Positions 8,114 to 18,476 of a DNA stretch of 29,248 bases are shown here, piece after piece; the stretch's first letter is position 1, and each line of letters starts with the position of its first letter. The DNA is from an uncultured virus (IMG/VR IMGVR_UViG_3300018080_000012) (Duplodnaviria; Heunggongvirae; Uroviricota; Caudoviricetes), in IMG/VR virus record IMGVR_UViG_3300018080_000012; one strand, 5' to 3'. The notes beneath the pieces are model-generated. The model did no database searches. It worked only from the letters and a program-made list of their open reading frames with translations, and was not told the origin of the DNA. Made by a program: the position numbers and the translations under genes.

Positions 8114-8334
8114 TATTTTATTCTAATCTTTTTGAAAATTATAGCTCTTTTAAGAAATAATATTACAATGTTCAGAAAATGTATTTTTTTCTGACCCATT
8201 ACAACAAGATCTCCTTTTTTAGGTTTTCTTTTACTAAAAATAAGGACAATAGTAGGAATCAAAAATATTTTTTTCGTCTCTTTTATTATACATGTTTTCT
8301 TTAAAATACATATAATATTCTTTAATACTTTCAT
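8113..8334 (-). CDS. small basic/hydrophobic hypothetical protein
   Basis: 73-aa ORF, AAGGAG SD. Confidence 0.62.
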   Translation of the reverse strand: MKVLKNIICILKKTCIIKETKKIFLIPTIVLIFSKRKPKKGDLVVMGQKKIHFLNIVILFLKRAIIFKKIRIK

Positions 8335-8344
8335 ATTTTTCTCC

Positions 8345-8536
8345 TTATAAATTATTTGGATTTAAATCTCCTTTATATTCGCTTGTAGAAACAATATCTA
8401 TATCAAACTCTGCTTTACATTTTTTATGAAAAAATCCGGGCATATTTAAAATTCTTATGGGCCCATTTCCTTTCTCTACGTCTTTGTATGTTATTATTCT
8501 ACAACATTTGTTACATTCTTTCCCTATACCTTCCAT
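8345..8536 (-). CDS. small Cys/His (zinc-binding?) protein
   Basis: CNKC...HKKC. Confidence 0.65.
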   Translation of the reverse strand: MEGIGKECNKCCRIITYKDVEKGNGPIRILNMPGFFHKKCKAEFDIDIVSTSEYKGDLNPNNL

Positions 8537-8733
8537 TTCACCACCACTTTTCCATAAGGAGAAAAATATTCTACTTTTTTTATATTATTTAATTTGTTAT
8601 TCTTATCAAATTTAAAAGCTATCATAGAAATAAATCTAATAAAAGCATCTTGAGTTAAAGTTATTTCTCTTATTTTAAAAGCATTATTATTAGCTTCAAA
8701 AATAAAATTATCAATTATCTCTTTCTCTTTCAC
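8524..8733 (-). CDS. hypothetical protein
   Basis: 69-aa ORF, GTGA overlap. Confidence 0.62.
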   Translation of the reverse strand: MKEKEIIDNFIFEANNNAFKIREITLTQDAFIRFISMIAFKFDKNNKLNNIKKVEYFSPYGKVVVKWKV

Positions 8734-10031
8734 TGCATTCTCTTTATAAATCTCTTTTTTATTCTTTTTAAAAGATCTATGAATCCTTTAATATAAATAT
8801 ATATCGAAAACAAAATAAATAAACAAAACAAAACTATAATAATAATTAACTTTAAATGTCCTCTTTCTTTTTCAGATTTTTCTATTTTATCTACAAATTC
8901 TTTAGCAACACCTTTTACTTTTTTAAATTCTTTTATTATCTTTGTTTTCGTATTTTGTTTTCTTGCTGTTATAAAAATACTTCTTAATTGAGTATCAGTC
9001 TCTTTTATAAGTTTATCATATTTCGTAGCTTGACTTTTCAATTCAGAAATAAGTATTTTATTTCTTGCATTTTCCCTTTTCAAGTTTTTAATCATTCTTC
9101 TCATTTCACTATATTGAATGATCTCTTCTTCTCTTTCTCTTTTTTGCTTTTTATATCGATCTTCATATTGTTTCCCAACTTCAACACTACCTTTTTCAAA
9201 AGCAGTTTTATACATTTTCCATTTTAAATAATATTCTAATACATATCTTCTTTCTCCATCAAAAGTGAAATATTCGGGTATGTATCCTTTCACAGCGTAT
9301 TTTGCTAACCATCCTCCCCAATGATACAATGAAATATAAAATTCTTCTTGATTTCTATAAAGTTTTTTATACCACCATAACATAACAAAAGTCGCTTTCG
9401 TATTTATAATAGGATCTAACATGTCAGCTTCACTTGAAAGTTGAAATCCTATTATTCTTTTTAAATTATCCGGTAATTTTCTTGCAATAGATTCAGCTAA
9501 ATAAAATGTTTGTTTTGTTAATTGTCCCATTCCCATTTCATTTAATAAAAATCCTATACAATTAGGATTAAAATTACTTTCAAATAGTTGGATCGTTGGG
9601 ACATCATACAAACCTATATCGATAGCAGTTGCTGCATCGAAACATAATCTCAAATATCTTACTTTTTCAGTGTTATTCATCGCTTTAGGTTTTCTTTCAT
9701 ATCTATAAGTGTGACTATAAACATAAAATACTTGCATCATCATTTTTTCAAATCTTCTTCTTCTTTCTTCTATACCCGTATCTCCTATAGATAACCCTTC
9801 TTTAACGTAAGTAAAATCTGTAATTGTCTTAGCCAAAGTTCTTTGATGTGAAATTTCTCTGAAAGCGAACATTATTACTAAAATAAAAAATAATACGATT
9901 GTTGCAATCCAATACATAGTATTTTTACTTTGTAATCTTAATATTCTCTTCTCTTTAGCGTTTATCATGTTCAACAACTGAATGGGATCACGATTTGAAG
10001 ATTTACTTTCATCTTGTTGTCCATTCATCAA
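8730..10031 (-). CDS. membrane-anchored lytic transglycosylase (SLT-like) with coiled coil
   Basis: ESNFNP, GMGQL, LDPIIN and YHWG match SLT motifs; TM helices near both termini; GGAGG SD. Confidence 0.7.
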   Translation of the reverse strand: MMNGQQDESKSSNRDPIQLLNMINAKEKRILRLQSKNTMYWIATIVLFFILVIMFAFREISHQRTLAKTITDFTYVKEGLSIGDTGIEERRRRFEKMMMQVFYVYSHTYRYERKPKAMNNTEKVRYLRLCFDAATAIDIGLYDVPTIQLFESNFNPNCIGFLLNEMGMGQLTKQTFYLAESIARKLPDNLKRIIGFQLSSEADMLDPIINTKATFVMLWWYKKLYRNQEEFYISLYHWGGWLAKYAVKGYIPEYFTFDGERRYVLEYYLKWKMYKTAFEKGSVEVGKQYEDRYKKQKREREEEIIQYSEMRRMIKNLKRENARNKILISELKSQATKYDKLIKETDTQLRSIFITARKQNTKTKIIKEFKKVKGVAKEFVDKIEKSEKERGHLKLIIIIVLFCLFILFSIYIYIKGFIDLLKRIKKRFIKRMQ

Positions 10032-10284
10032 TGACCTCCTTTTTTGCTTCTTCTCTTAATGGCCTCAAATTAAAATAGCACATTTTACATAATCCAACGA
10101 ATGGCATTACTTCTCTCACTGAACCACACGATATACAAACTATATGTCTCTTTTTTCTATCACGATATTCTTCTAAATATTTCTTTAAATAATGTTTTTT
10201 TAAACATTCACTGCAATATAAACTATTCTTATATGTCTTCCTACCACACCTGACACATCTAGAACTCTTCTTCTCCTCCTTCAT
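10009..10284 (-). CDS. double zinc-finger small protein
   Basis: CVRC..CSEC and CISC..CKMC. Confidence 0.7.
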   Translation of the reverse strand: MKEEKKSSRCVRCGRKTYKNSLYCSECLKKHYLKKYLEEYRDRKKRHIVCISCGSVREVMPFVGLCKMCYFNLRPLREEAKKEVIDEWTTR

Positions 10285-10774
10285 TTATTTTTTCCCCTCC
10301 CGAATTATTATCTTCTTTCTTATTTTTTTTATTAATATATTTTTTTTGATCTTCTTTTTTAATATCTTTTTCTGTTTTAACTTCTTTATCGTTATCAATA
10401 GCATCAACACTCAATGATTTTTCTATCTCTTGTGCTTCTATAGATCCATCCATAGGGTTAAGCTCTTTATTTAATGGACTTTTCATAGTTTGTTTTTCGT
10501 TTGGAGTTCTTATTATCTCTTTTTTATCAGGCCATTTAAGTTCTTTTTCAGGCCAATATGTTGTTTCATCATTGTCATCTTTAAAAGAAATATTAAAACG
10601 TTTTAATAAAAAATCTGCAACTTTAGAAAAATTAGATTCAATAGAAAAATTATAATCTCTAGAATTGTCTCTCAAATTAAACCCTCTTCCTACTGCAATT
10701 GTTCTCATAATTTCAAGCCTTAATTTTTCTTTTTTACTCATATCCTTTTCTCTTTTGTCAATTATTTGTACCAT
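10259..10774 (-). CDS. hypothetical protein with charged low-complexity tail
   Basis: 171-aa ORF, AGGAGG SD, ends GGEEEF. Confidence 0.72.
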   Translation of the reverse strand: MVQIIDKREKDMSKKEKLRLEIMRTIAVGRGFNLRDNSRDYNFSIESNFSKVADFLLKRFNISFKDDNDETTYWPEKELKWPDKKEIIRTPNEKQTMKSPLNKELNPMDGSIEAQEIEKSLSVDAIDNDKEVKTEKDIKKEDQKKYINKKNKKEDNNSGGEKINEGGEEEF

Positions 10775-11438
10775 TATCTTCCTCCTGAATATTATATTTA
10801 TTTAATTGCTCTCTTTCTTTATTTATAATACTTTCTACAACCTCTATTTGATATTTATACCAAGTATTTACTTTAACATGTTTTGATATTTTTGTAATAT
10901 AATATAATCTAGCTATTTGAGATAAAATTAATGCATCAATTTGATTATGATCATTAACTTCTCTATTATATTTTTTATAAACTTCTCTACACATTATTAT
11001 TTTAGAGTTTTCTCCTTTCGCCTCTTTAAAAGAAGATCCTAAAATAAATTTTTTTAATTGTATTGGAGCAACTTCAATAACTTTAATGCCTTTTTTTAAT
11101 AACATCCATCTTACTATACTCCCGGATTCTATTAATTGCATTAACGTATTTCCTTTAGAACCTAAAGAATAATTTTCTATTGCTGCTACTTTTATTAGAT
11201 TTTTATTTTTATTATCTATTTTTTCTTCAGCGTATTCATCTATTATATTCTTTATTTTCATAGCGATATCATTATATCTCGTAAATCTAAATCCTGCCAT
11301 AGTAGGCGTAGATTCTGTTTTTATGTTATCTAAAACATTAGCGTATCCTAAATTATTAGTCAAACACAATCCTGAATTTCGTAAAGAAAGATCTAAGCCC
11401 ATATAATATCTATCATATTTTTTATATTTATTTTTCAT
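10758..11438 (-). CDS. RuvC-like Holliday junction resolvase
   Basis: MGLDLSLRNSG, AIENY, APIQLKKF, DHNQIDA acidic RNase H-fold motifs. Confidence 0.8.
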   Translation of the reverse strand: MKNKYKKYDRYYMGLDLSLRNSGLCLTNNLGYANVLDNIKTESTPTMAGFRFTRYNDIAMKIKNIIDEYAEEKIDNKNKNLIKVAAIENYSLGSKGNTLMQLIESGSIVRWMLLKKGIKVIEVAPIQLKKFILGSSFKEAKGENSKIIMCREVYKKYNREVNDHNQIDALILSQIARLYYITKISKHVKVNTWYKYQIEVVESIINKEREQLNKYNIQEEDNGTNN

Positions 11439-12297
11439 TTTTTATTTTCTCATATAAAGATATCATATTTTTATTCTTTAATTTTTTTAATAATTCTTTT
11501 TTATCTTCATTTTTCTGTATTTCTTGTATTTTATAACCTTCTTTAATTAATTTTTTCAATTCATAATTCATTCTTATCTTATCTTCATTATTACATATAA
11601 TACTATACCATTTATTAATATTTATATTTTTCTTACAAAATTCAAAAGCATCGTCTAAATTATAAGATATTTCTACAATATTCTCAACTAATTTTCTTGG
11701 TATTCTTGATATACCATCTACGTTCTCTTTTTTCTCTCCTATAAAAGATTTAAACATACACTGTTTTTCTACATTTATATTATATTTAGCCTCGATCATA
11801 TTTCGATTAAACATTTCATTTCCTATTAATATCTTTACATTGGGATACTCTAATAATTGAAACCAATCATTGTCGTTACTTACAAGTAAAGTTTCTTTAC
11901 CTATGTTATTTTTTACAATATGAGCTGCAACATCATCAGCTTCATATCCATCAGCATAACATTGATCTACGTTATACAATGAAAGAAGCTCTCTTAATTC
12001 TTTTATTTGATTCAAAAAATCATAAGTATATGTATGTTCTCTATTTGCTTTATATTTTATATCAACTTCTATTTTTCTTTTAGGTTTAGTATCCCAAACA
12101 AACATAATTTTAGGTTTTTTATATTTCTTCTTTAAAGTATAAATAAAATTAATTATCCCATAACATATTCCTGTTTTATTGCCTTTATTATCAGTTAAAT
12201 TCCTTAATGCCCAATTATATTTATATATCATATTCATAGCATCTATAATTACAATATCAAATCCAGTTTTTATTTTTTTATTTAATGTTCCTTTCAT
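11428..12297 (-). CDS. 5'-3' exonuclease / flap endonuclease (PolI N-terminal, T4 RNase H-like)
   Basis: IIDAMN, VWD, YKANR, EADD, SNDND, GEKKENVDGI motifs. Confidence 0.92.
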   Translation of the reverse strand: MKGTLNKKIKTGFDIVIIDAMNMIYKYNWALRNLTDNKGNKTGICYGIINFIYTLKKKYKKPKIMFVWDTKPKRKIEVDIKYKANREHTYTYDFLNQIKELRELLSLYNVDQCYADGYEADDVAAHIVKNNIGKETLLVSNDNDWFQLLEYPNVKILIGNEMFNRNMIEAKYNINVEKQCMFKSFIGEKKENVDGISRIPRKLVENIVEISYNLDDAFEFCKKNININKWYSIICNNEDKIRMNYELKKLIKEGYKIQEIQKNEDKKELLKKLKNKNMISLYEKIKNEK

Positions 12298-12644
12298 TCT
12301 ATAATTGTATACCCAAAATCTTCAGCTTGTGCTAAGCTTGATTTTATTTTATTTAAATTATCAAATTTTTCAATACCTATATAAATTCGTAATGCTTCAT
12401 TTCTTTTTTCAAGGCCATTTTCTGTTTCAAATGTTCTATGTAACTTATCACAACAATAGAATCCATTTTCTAAAATATACTTAGTTTTCAAGCATCCTCT
12501 TGAGATTATATGATGTGCACTACCTGTGTTACCACAATGCGGACATTTATAATTATATAATTCGCTAACAGCATTCCTCCATTTTGTATCTCTCGCCTCA
12601 TCTACCATCAGCAATCTCTGATATTTTATCTTTAAATCTATCAA
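12294..12644 (-). CDS. HNH / NinG-like endonuclease
   Basis: CPHCG...AHHIISRG...ENGFYCC..LH. Confidence 0.7.
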   Translation of the reverse strand: MIDLKIKYQRLLMVDEARDTKWRNAVSELYNYKCPHCGNTGSAHHIISRGCLKTKYILENGFYCCDKLHRTFETENGLEKRNEALRIYIGIEKFDNLNKIKSSLAQAEDFGYTIIE

Positions 12645-12783
12645 ATACTTTTTGTTTTATAATTTTTCCTTTTATTTCAACAATATTCTTTTTAGTATCT
12701 ATTTTCACGCTTCCTTCTTTCTTATCAAATTCAAAAATCATTACTGAATAATCTGTAAAAACTTGGACTTTCATATTCTCCAT
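12598..12783 (-). CDS. small hypothetical protein
   Basis: 61-aa ORF with AAGGAG SD. Confidence 0.65.
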   Translation of the reverse strand: MENMKVQVFTDYSVMIFEFDKKEGSVKIDTKKNIVEIKGKIIKQKVFDRFKDKISEIADGR

Positions 12784-12793
12784 ATTAATCTCC

Positions 12794-14839
12794 TTATATT
12801 ATATTTTTCACTCTACTTATATGTGTAATCTCATCCTTCTCTATTTCTATAAGATTTGGAAACACATCTTGAATTTCAGTGTGACTTATGACAAATATTT
12901 GTTTAAATTCATTTTTTAGATAATTAATGACATTCATTATTTTATTTCTATAATAATTATCTAATGAAGCAAAAACTTCATCTAAAACAATTAAATCAAA
13001 AAATATACCTTCTCTTTTAGATAATATATGAGACAATGCCATTCTTATTGCAAAATTTATTATTGTCTTTTCTCCTCCACTAAAGCTTTCATATTTTCTT
13101 GTATTGTTTTGAGATTCTATATAAATATCTAAAGTATCAGAAATTTGCTTTGATGATTTTGTTTCTTTTACTGTTTCAAATATTATTCTTTTTCCACTAT
13201 TATCGATATCGTTTAATATTCTATTCGATTCTTCTTCTATTTCAAATATTGAAGTCTTTATTACGTCTGATATAATACCATTTTTACTAAAAATTGATTT
13301 CAATACATCATAATAGCTAGATTCTTCTTTTAATTCTTTTATTTTCTTTTTTACAACATCAATTTTTTTAATTGACTTTTCATAATTTTCTATATTTATC
13401 TTTAACTCAGAGATCCCTTCTCTTAATTCTTCTAGTTTATTTTTTCTAGAATCTAAATTTTCTTCGAACTCATTTATATTTTGTATTGTAAGTTCCTTTT
13501 TTATATCGTTTAATTTTTCTTTTTTTTCATTTAAAGACGCTTTTATTTTTTCAAACTTAACATTAACTTCACTTTTTAATTTTTTATATACTTTAACATC
13601 TTTTTCATAATATTCTTTTTTAGATTTTACTGATTCTATCTGTCTTAAAATATTATCATTCTCATCATATTTATTTTTTAAATTCTTTATCTTGTCTTCT
13701 ATTCTATTTTTTTCATTCTTAGATTTCTCTAATTTTAATTTGTAGTTATTATATTCTTCTTTACTTTTATCTATTAAAGATTCTTTATATTCATCGTTAA
13801 TACTCTGTTTACATGTAGGGCACTCCTGCTCATCCTGGATCAATCTAATATTCTCTTTTATATTAGACATATTAGCTTCTATATTAGAAGATAGAGACAC
13901 TATATCTGATATCTTATTTTCATAAGATTTTATCTCTTTCTTTAATTTCAAATTATCTTTATCTGTTATAATTGGGAATGAATTTTCATTTTGTAATACT
14001 TCTATACTCTTTTTTATATCTTCTAATTTTGAATTATAATCTTTTAAGCTATCTTCTAAATCCATATATTCTGATTCAAAGTATTTGATCTCTTCTGAAA
14101 TTGAATTCAATTTATCTCTATTGCTTTTATTTTTTAATAACATATTATTATCATTATCGTATTTCTTTTTCAACCCGTCATATTCTTCGTGTTTAGAATC
14201 ATAATCGCTTTTAAGATTTTCCATATTTTTATTTTCTAAATTTGACTCTAAAGCTTCAAGCATCGAATTTTCATTCATTAGATCCGTGTCTAATTCGCTT
14301 GTCTTATTTTTTGTTATCTTGTAGCATTCGTCCCAGAAATCTAACCTTAAAATATTCTTTAAATATTCCTTTCTTATTGCTGGAGTTGAAGACGTAAAAC
14401 TATCATTTTCAAATTGTTGAAAGAAAACAGTAGCAACAAATAAATTAAAATCCATTCCTACTAATTTTGTTATCTTACCTTGAGTCTCTCTTATTCCTTC
14501 GGAAAACTGATTATTATCTATAATTAATTCTAATAATGGTTTATCGTTCTTTCTTCCTCTTAATATAGATACGTTTTGATTATTTATATTGAACTCGAAA
14601 AATACGCTCATTTCATTTTCATTGTCTCTAATCAATTCATTTTCAGTAGAACATCTTCCTCTACCATATAGAGCATATAGTATCGCATCAATTAGAGTAG
14701 ACTTTCCAGATCCATTACTTTTATTAATATTATTTTTATATCTTCCAATAATACCTGTAATTGAAACTTTATTTAGATCATTTAGCTCTTCTTTCTCATA
14801 AGATTGAAAATTATATAATTTTAATTTATTTATCTTCAT
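12794..14839 (-). CDS. sbcC: SbcC/Rad50-like SMC ATPase (gp46-like)
   Basis: Walker A NGSGKST, Q-loop, CPTC zinc hook, FSGGE signature, IVLDE Walker B, ISH; long coiled coils. Confidence 0.93.
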   Translation of the reverse strand: MKINKLKLYNFQSYEKEELNDLNKVSITGIIGRYKNNINKSNGSGKSTLIDAILYALYGRGRCSTENELIRDNENEMSVFFEFNINNQNVSILRGRKNDKPLLELIIDNNQFSEGIRETQGKITKLVGMDFNLFVATVFFQQFENDSFTSSTPAIRKEYLKNILRLDFWDECYKITKNKTSELDTDLMNENSMLEALESNLENKNMENLKSDYDSKHEEYDGLKKKYDNDNNMLLKNKSNRDKLNSISEEIKYFESEYMDLEDSLKDYNSKLEDIKKSIEVLQNENSFPIITDKDNLKLKKEIKSYENKISDIVSLSSNIEANMSNIKENIRLIQDEQECPTCKQSINDEYKESLIDKSKEEYNNYKLKLEKSKNEKNRIEDKIKNLKNKYDENDNILRQIESVKSKKEYYEKDVKVYKKLKSEVNVKFEKIKASLNEKKEKLNDIKKELTIQNINEFEENLDSRKNKLEELREGISELKINIENYEKSIKKIDVVKKKIKELKEESSYYDVLKSIFSKNGIISDVIKTSIFEIEEESNRILNDIDNSGKRIIFETVKETKSSKQISDTLDIYIESQNNTRKYESFSGGEKTIINFAIRMALSHILSKREGIFFDLIVLDEVFASLDNYYRNKIMNVINYLKNEFKQIFVISHTEIQDVFPNLIEIEKDEITHISRVKNII

Positions 14840-15989
14840 ATGTCTCTTTAGCTTCTTTTATAATATCTAACCCTAACTTTAATATTTTCTTTTGTTTATT
14901 CTCATCTTTTACATTGCTTTTTACAAATCCTTCAAAATGTTCTAATGGATTTAAAAATACATTAGCTTTTTCAATTACATCATTTTTAGCGATATTTATT
15001 TCACTTTTAGATACAAAACCGTATTTAGAAAATGATTTTTCTATTTCTTGAATATTTACTATCTTTCTATTTTCTTCTGATGTATTAATTACAATTTTAA
15101 GAATCTTATTTTTTGCAACTTTTTTTATCTTACTTTCATTTAAATCTACATAGTTTTTATCTATAAGATTGATGTTTATTTGTTTATATTCTATTGTATC
15201 TAGTTCTATAAATTTCCATGTATTATTATCTAAATTGAATTCTATAAATCCTTTTTTTTCATCTCTTTCACTAAAATTGCATCTTACAATACTACCCGGA
15301 TACACTACTTCTATTCCATTAGCTTCTATAAATTGATGCTTATGAATGTGTCCAAAAAATATCTTATTTAGATATTTATATTTTATTTCTGGAAAGAAAT
15401 TTATACCTCCATGCAACATTGTATTCTCGCTACCAATTGTAGCTCCTTTATATTGAAGATGGCCAAATATAAAATTTTTCTTTTCTTCTATTAATAATTT
15501 TTGAATATTTTTCTTTATATATTCACTAAAATATTTTTCATATTCTTCAAAATATAAATTTTCAGATCCTTTAATTTTAGATTTTGTTAAATGAGGTATA
15601 AAAATATAAATAAAATCGCCATCTTCACAGCTTCGTATATCCTCAATAATAATTATATTTTTATAATCTATTTTTCCTAAAGGAGCAATCGCGCTTTCAC
15701 TACTATTACTAGCTGAATGATTTCCTAATACTATAAACGTTTTAATATTGTTTTTTTCTAATTTATTAAGCCTTTCAATAACCATTTTTAAATATAATGG
15801 AGTTGGCCTTTTAAAATGAAAGATATCTCCCAATATAAATAATCGATCGATATTATTATCTATTGTATATCGTATAATAGTATCTATCTGCTTAAAAGTC
15901 TCATTGATCTTAAACTCAAGTCCATTGCTTTCTACCCAAGAATCACTTATATTTCCAACATGCCAGTCTGCTGTGATTATTGCTTTCAT
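14826..15989 (-). CDS. sbcD: SbcD/Mre11-like metallophosphoesterase nuclease (gp47-like)
   Basis: DWH, GDIF, GNH, GHIH, YPGS motifs; adjacent to SbcC. Confidence 0.93.
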   Translation of the reverse strand: MKAIITADWHVGNISDSWVESNGLEFKINETFKQIDTIIRYTIDNNIDRLFILGDIFHFKRPTPLYLKMVIERLNKLEKNNIKTFIVLGNHSASNSSESAIAPLGKIDYKNIIIIEDIRSCEDGDFIYIFIPHLTKSKIKGSENLYFEEYEKYFSEYIKKNIQKLLIEEKKNFIFGHLQYKGATIGSENTMLHGGINFFPEIKYKYLNKIFFGHIHKHQFIEANGIEVVYPGSIVRCNFSERDEKKGFIEFNLDNNTWKFIELDTIEYKQININLIDKNYVDLNESKIKKVAKNKILKIVINTSEENRKIVNIQEIEKSFSKYGFVSKSEINIAKNDVIEKANVFLNPLEHFEGFVKSNVKDENKQKKILKLGLDIIKEAKETYEDK

Positions 15990-15995
15990 TTTATA

Positions 15996-16024
15996 ATTAT
16001 ATATCGCTCCACAAAAATTTTAAC
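15996..16024 (-). promoter_or_regulatory. predicted promoter GTTAAA-N17-TATAAT (leaderless)
   Basis: Motif match; sbcD ATG 6 nt after -10. Confidence 0.65.
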
Positions 16025-17045
16025 AGCCTTTTATTATACTTTCTTTTACTTCATCTTTGAATTCTTTATCTTTAAGTTTATCAAAAAATGATTTTCTTGT
16101 TATTTTCACTTTATTGTTAATAGGATATCTTAAATATTCTTTTGATTCTATTTTTAGTATTTTTCTTGATTCTAAAAATCTTACTAGATCATCTTCTTTA
16201 TCAATTCCCTTTCCATATATTATATTCAACACACAATTTCTTTGAGGAATAAATTGTTTATTTTTTTTAGTTGTTATTTTTACTTCAGTTCCCGTCTCCA
16301 TATTTTTATCAATAAAATCTAAAGTTCCTTTTCCAACTATTTTTCCAGATCTGGGAGCTCTTATTTCAAGTCTTATGAATGAATAGAATTTTAAAGCTTT
16401 TCCTCCGGGTGTAACTTCTGGATTCCCATAGTTCCCTATATTCATTCTCACTTGATTTATAAAAATCGCCGTTGTTTTATTTTTTCCTAAAGCTGGAATT
16501 AATTTTCTCAATCCTTGTCCCATTAATCTTGCATGAGCTCCCATATGTTTGTCGTCCATAGACCCTTCTATTTCAGCTCTTGGTACTATTGAAACAACAC
16601 TATCAAATATTATCAATTTGATCCCTTTTCTAATGAAATCATGTGCTAATTCGAATGCATCCTCTCCAACATCAGGCTGAGCTAAATAAAATAAATCTGG
16701 TTTTACGCCTATCTCTAATGCATAATTTATATCCAATCCATGTTCAGTGTCTTGATATGCTACCTCGTATCCTTTTTTGTTCGCTTCTGCCGATATATGT
16801 AGTGCCAACGTGGATTTACCAACGCCTTCAGGTCCGTATATCTCTATCACTCTTCCTTTTGGAATCCCGCATTTATGATCTCCAGAGATTATCTCATTCA
16901 AATTCATGCTTCCAGTATTGAAGAAATTTTCTACATTGTATTTATCAACTTCAGTATCTGAAAGTTTGAATACAGTTCCCGCTCCATATTTCTCTTTGAT
17001 TATATCTTCAAATGATTTATTTGATTCTTCTTTATTCTTAGCCAT
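16020..17045 (-). CDS. recA: RecA-family recombinase
   Basis: GIPKGRVIEIYGPEGVGKST, DSV, PRAEIEG, ARLMGQGLRK, INQVR, TPGGKALKFY. Confidence 0.96.
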   Translation of the reverse strand: MAKNKEESNKSFEDIIKEKYGAGTVFKLSDTEVDKYNVENFFNTGSMNLNEIISGDHKCGIPKGRVIEIYGPEGVGKSTLALHISAEANKKGYEVAYQDTEHGLDINYALEIGVKPDLFYLAQPDVGEDAFELAHDFIRKGIKLIIFDSVVSIVPRAEIEGSMDDKHMGAHARLMGQGLRKLIPALGKNKTTAIFINQVRMNIGNYGNPEVTPGGKALKFYSFIRLEIRAPRSGKIVGKGTLDFIDKNMETGTEVKITTKKNKQFIPQRNCVLNIIYGKGIDKEDDLVRFLESRKILKIESKEYLRYPINNKVKITRKSFFDKLKDKEFKDEVKESIIKGC

Positions 17046-17920
17046 TAGAAATCTTCATCTCCAAGATTTGAATCATCTAAACCGTCTTCTAAATCATCAA
17101 GCTCTTTATCTTCTATATCTATTTCATCTATTCCATCTTTAATTTTTTCATTATCGTCATCTACTTCCTCTCCATGAGCTTTAAGATAATTGTTTAATAT
17201 CTCTTTAGCCTCTTCTTCAGTCTTATAAGTAAATACATCATCAAGAATTGGAATGTCATTAGTTATTTTAGGAACCTTAGATTTAGTCTTAGAAGGTTTT
17301 ATCTCTACTTCAGTATATTTTCCACTTTTTCTTCCCTTCTTTTCTTCTTTTTCAAATAATAGATTTCTATTTAAAAGATCTTCTGGAGTTTTCATAAAAT
17401 CATATTCTTCAAAAATTGTTTCTGTAATCTTTGTCCACTGTGAAGTCGTAATAGAAAGATATTTTGCCTCTCCATCAAAATCAGGTATAGTTTTTATACC
17501 ATCTTTTGTTCTTTCTCTAATTGCTTTTCCTTTTACTGCTATCATAACTGTTCTCAAATTTGTTTGTAGCCCTTTCCCTTTTTTCAATTCTAATTCAGAT
17601 TGAACTTTAAGTTTATCGCTTTTATCGTAACCCGGATTTGCTTTGATTTCTTTAATTCTATTCCAATGCTCTTTAGCTTTCCCGCATATCGGACAAACAT
17701 CTGGAGAATACCCCTTCCCTTGAATTTTACCTAAACATGGAATGAAGCTATATTGATTATTACCCGTATCAAGAGTATGAACGAACTCACACACATATTC
17801 TTTAGATAACAATCTAATAAAGTTTTTTCCTTTATCGATCTTGATATAACTAGATCCACTACCGTTGATAGCACTACTAACTTTTTTAACATCATCTTTA
17901 CTTTCTAAATTACCTTTCAT
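17045..17920 (-). CDS. single-stranded DNA-binding protein (gp32-like)
   Basis: H...C...CPIC zinc motif, acidic tail ending DEDF, position upstream of recA. Confidence 0.75.
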   Translation of the reverse strand: MKGNLESKDDVKKVSSAINGSGSSYIKIDKGKNFIRLLSKEYVCEFVHTLDTGNNQYSFIPCLGKIQGKGYSPDVCPICGKAKEHWNRIKEIKANPGYDKSDKLKVQSELELKKGKGLQTNLRTVMIAVKGKAIRERTKDGIKTIPDFDGEAKYLSITTSQWTKITETIFEEYDFMKTPEDLLNRNLLFEKEEKKGRKSGKYTEVEIKPSKTKSKVPKITNDIPILDDVFTYKTEEEAKEILNNYLKAHGEEVDDDNEKIKDGIDEIDIEDKELDDLEDGLDDSNLGDEDF

Positions 17921-17934
17921 AATTTTTCTCCTTT

Positions 17935-18474
17935 TTAAAACTCATCCTTTAATCCCAAATCCGAATCTGGATTTTTATTTTGACTTTCTCTTACCATCGC
18001 TCCTATTGATTGTATAAGCCCTATATTTTTTTCAAGAGCTTTTTTTGCAACTTCAGCATATTTGAAATTTCTAGAAACTTCTCTTATTTCTTTTATCCTC
18101 TCTGTATACAATCTTTTATTCTCTGCGATCACTAATCTTTCTTTTGCTTTTTCACTACTAGCATATTTATCATCAATAAGAGTTTTCTTATCAGCCATCC
18201 AGATATCAAAAGATTCTTGCAACGCATTTAATCTGTCCTCTAAATCTACACATATTCTAGAAAAATAGAAATAATGAGTAGAAGCTTTATTCATAGCAGA
18301 TATTATTTCTTGCTTATTTTCAGTATTAATAATTTCCATAAGCTCTTTCATGTCTGCTATTACTTTCTTACCATGAATAACTAATTCAAGAACATTAAAT
18401 TCTTTAGGTAACACAGATTTAAGCATCTTATCGTATTTTTCAGTTTTCTTATTTTGTCCTAATTCTGATTTCAT
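17935..18474 (-). CDS. putative UvsY-like recombination mediator
   Basis: Helical 179-aa protein next to SSB and RecA; general resemblance only. Confidence 0.45.
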   Translation of the reverse strand: MKSELGQNKKTEKYDKMLKSVLPKEFNVLELVIHGKKVIADMKELMEIINTENKQEIISAMNKASTHYFYFSRICVDLEDRLNALQESFDIWMADKKTLIDDKYASSEKAKERLVIAENKRLYTERIKEIREVSRNFKYAEVAKKALEKNIGLIQSIGAMVRESQNKNPDSDLGLKDEF

Positions 18475-18476
18475 AA

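Noticed and set aside
12294..12644. HNH gene as a mobile homing endonuclease
   Set aside because: It is short, NinG-like, coupled within the repair operon and does not interrupt a gene
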